Assembly (NCBI RefSeq): GCF_021054785.1 | Contig: NZ_CP088239.1 | Location: forward strand, 1,770,001 to 1,802,000 | Length of the DNA: 32,000 bases | Reading direction: 5' to 3' | DNA from: Tannockella kyphosi | GTDB lineage: Bacteria > Bacillota_I > Bacilli_A > Erysipelotrichales > Coprobacillaceae | In this document: piece after piece, positions 31,931 to 32,000 of the stretch | Layout of the letters: each line of letters opens with the position of its first letter | Numbering within the stretch: position 1 is the stretch's first letter | Notes under the pieces: model-generated | What the model was told of the DNA's origin: nothing | Seen by the model: the letters and a program-made list of their open reading frames with translations, nothing else | Databases searched by the model: none | Translations under genes and position numbers: made by a program

Positions 31931-32000
31931 TTAATAGACAGAAGACAACAAGTAGAAAAACGGGGCAAATAATGTATCAAACCTGACAATCGAAATGCAA

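Noticed and set aside
1-32000. Scan for CRISPR arrays, tRNA/rRNA genes, transposases/integrases, IS inverted repeats, reverse transcriptases, and restriction-modification or CBASS/Thoeris-type genes
   Set aside because: No regularly spaced direct repeats, cloverleaf-like GC-rich segments or recognisable motifs of these families (DDE, Tyr/Ser recombinase, RT YxDD, methyltransferase motifs, cyclase/TIR/SIR2) were found in any ORF. This absence is by eye only and should be confirmed with tRNAscan, Infernal, ISfinder and HMM tools.

Overview
Strongly AT-rich, Firmicutes-style chromosomal segment. The Erysipelotrichia/Clostridia-like assignment is an inference from GGAGG-type RBSs, codon usage and gene content. 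It carries about 40 genes. By eye I found no rRNA, tRNA, CRISPR array, transposase or integrase. Layout: (i) 1-3344 holds a partial PAS sensor, nagA, a membrane protein and a HAD hydrolase. (ii) 3443-8160 is a co-oriented minus-strand accessory block of small membrane/lipoproteins, an HTH-WYL regulator and a two-gene ABC-type ATPase + Toprim-like (DUF4435/RloB-like) module. The module resembles PARIS/AbiL anti-phage systems, and its effector frame is broken by one in-frame TAG. (iii) 8459-16322 holds two diverged TSUP (TauE/SafE) permease paralogues, each with its own regulator context. They bracket a MarR/MATE unit and an orphan operon (345-aa unknown protein + FrcK/uridine-kinase-like P-loop kinase). 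A CrtO-like acyltransferase and a DUF554 gene follow. (iv) 16444-17743 holds a zinc-ribbon membrane protein, an acidic unknown protein and a Ca/Na-antiporter remnant. (v) 17944-30182 is a complete streptococcal-type PTS-dependent unsaturated-glycosaminoglycan utilisation locus. One operon carries the Man-family PTS IIA-IID, a DUF2264-like protein, GH88, a Cof phosphatase and a discoidin-like protein, followed by a LacI regulator gene. A divergent kduD/dhuD-dhuI-kdgK-eda operon faces it. The locus has readable promoters, repeated operator-like sites and a consensus cre. (vi) 30236-31930 holds an XRE-HTH::DUF3990 (ART-like fold) + DUF3791-like pair preceded by 39-bp tandem repeats, and a decayed ABC-ATPase remnant. 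The best candidates for an undescribed system are the ATPase/Toprim module with its WYL-regulator block, the HTH-DUF3990 pair, and the orphan 345-aa/kinase operon. All family assignments come from motif recognition by eye. No searches were run.
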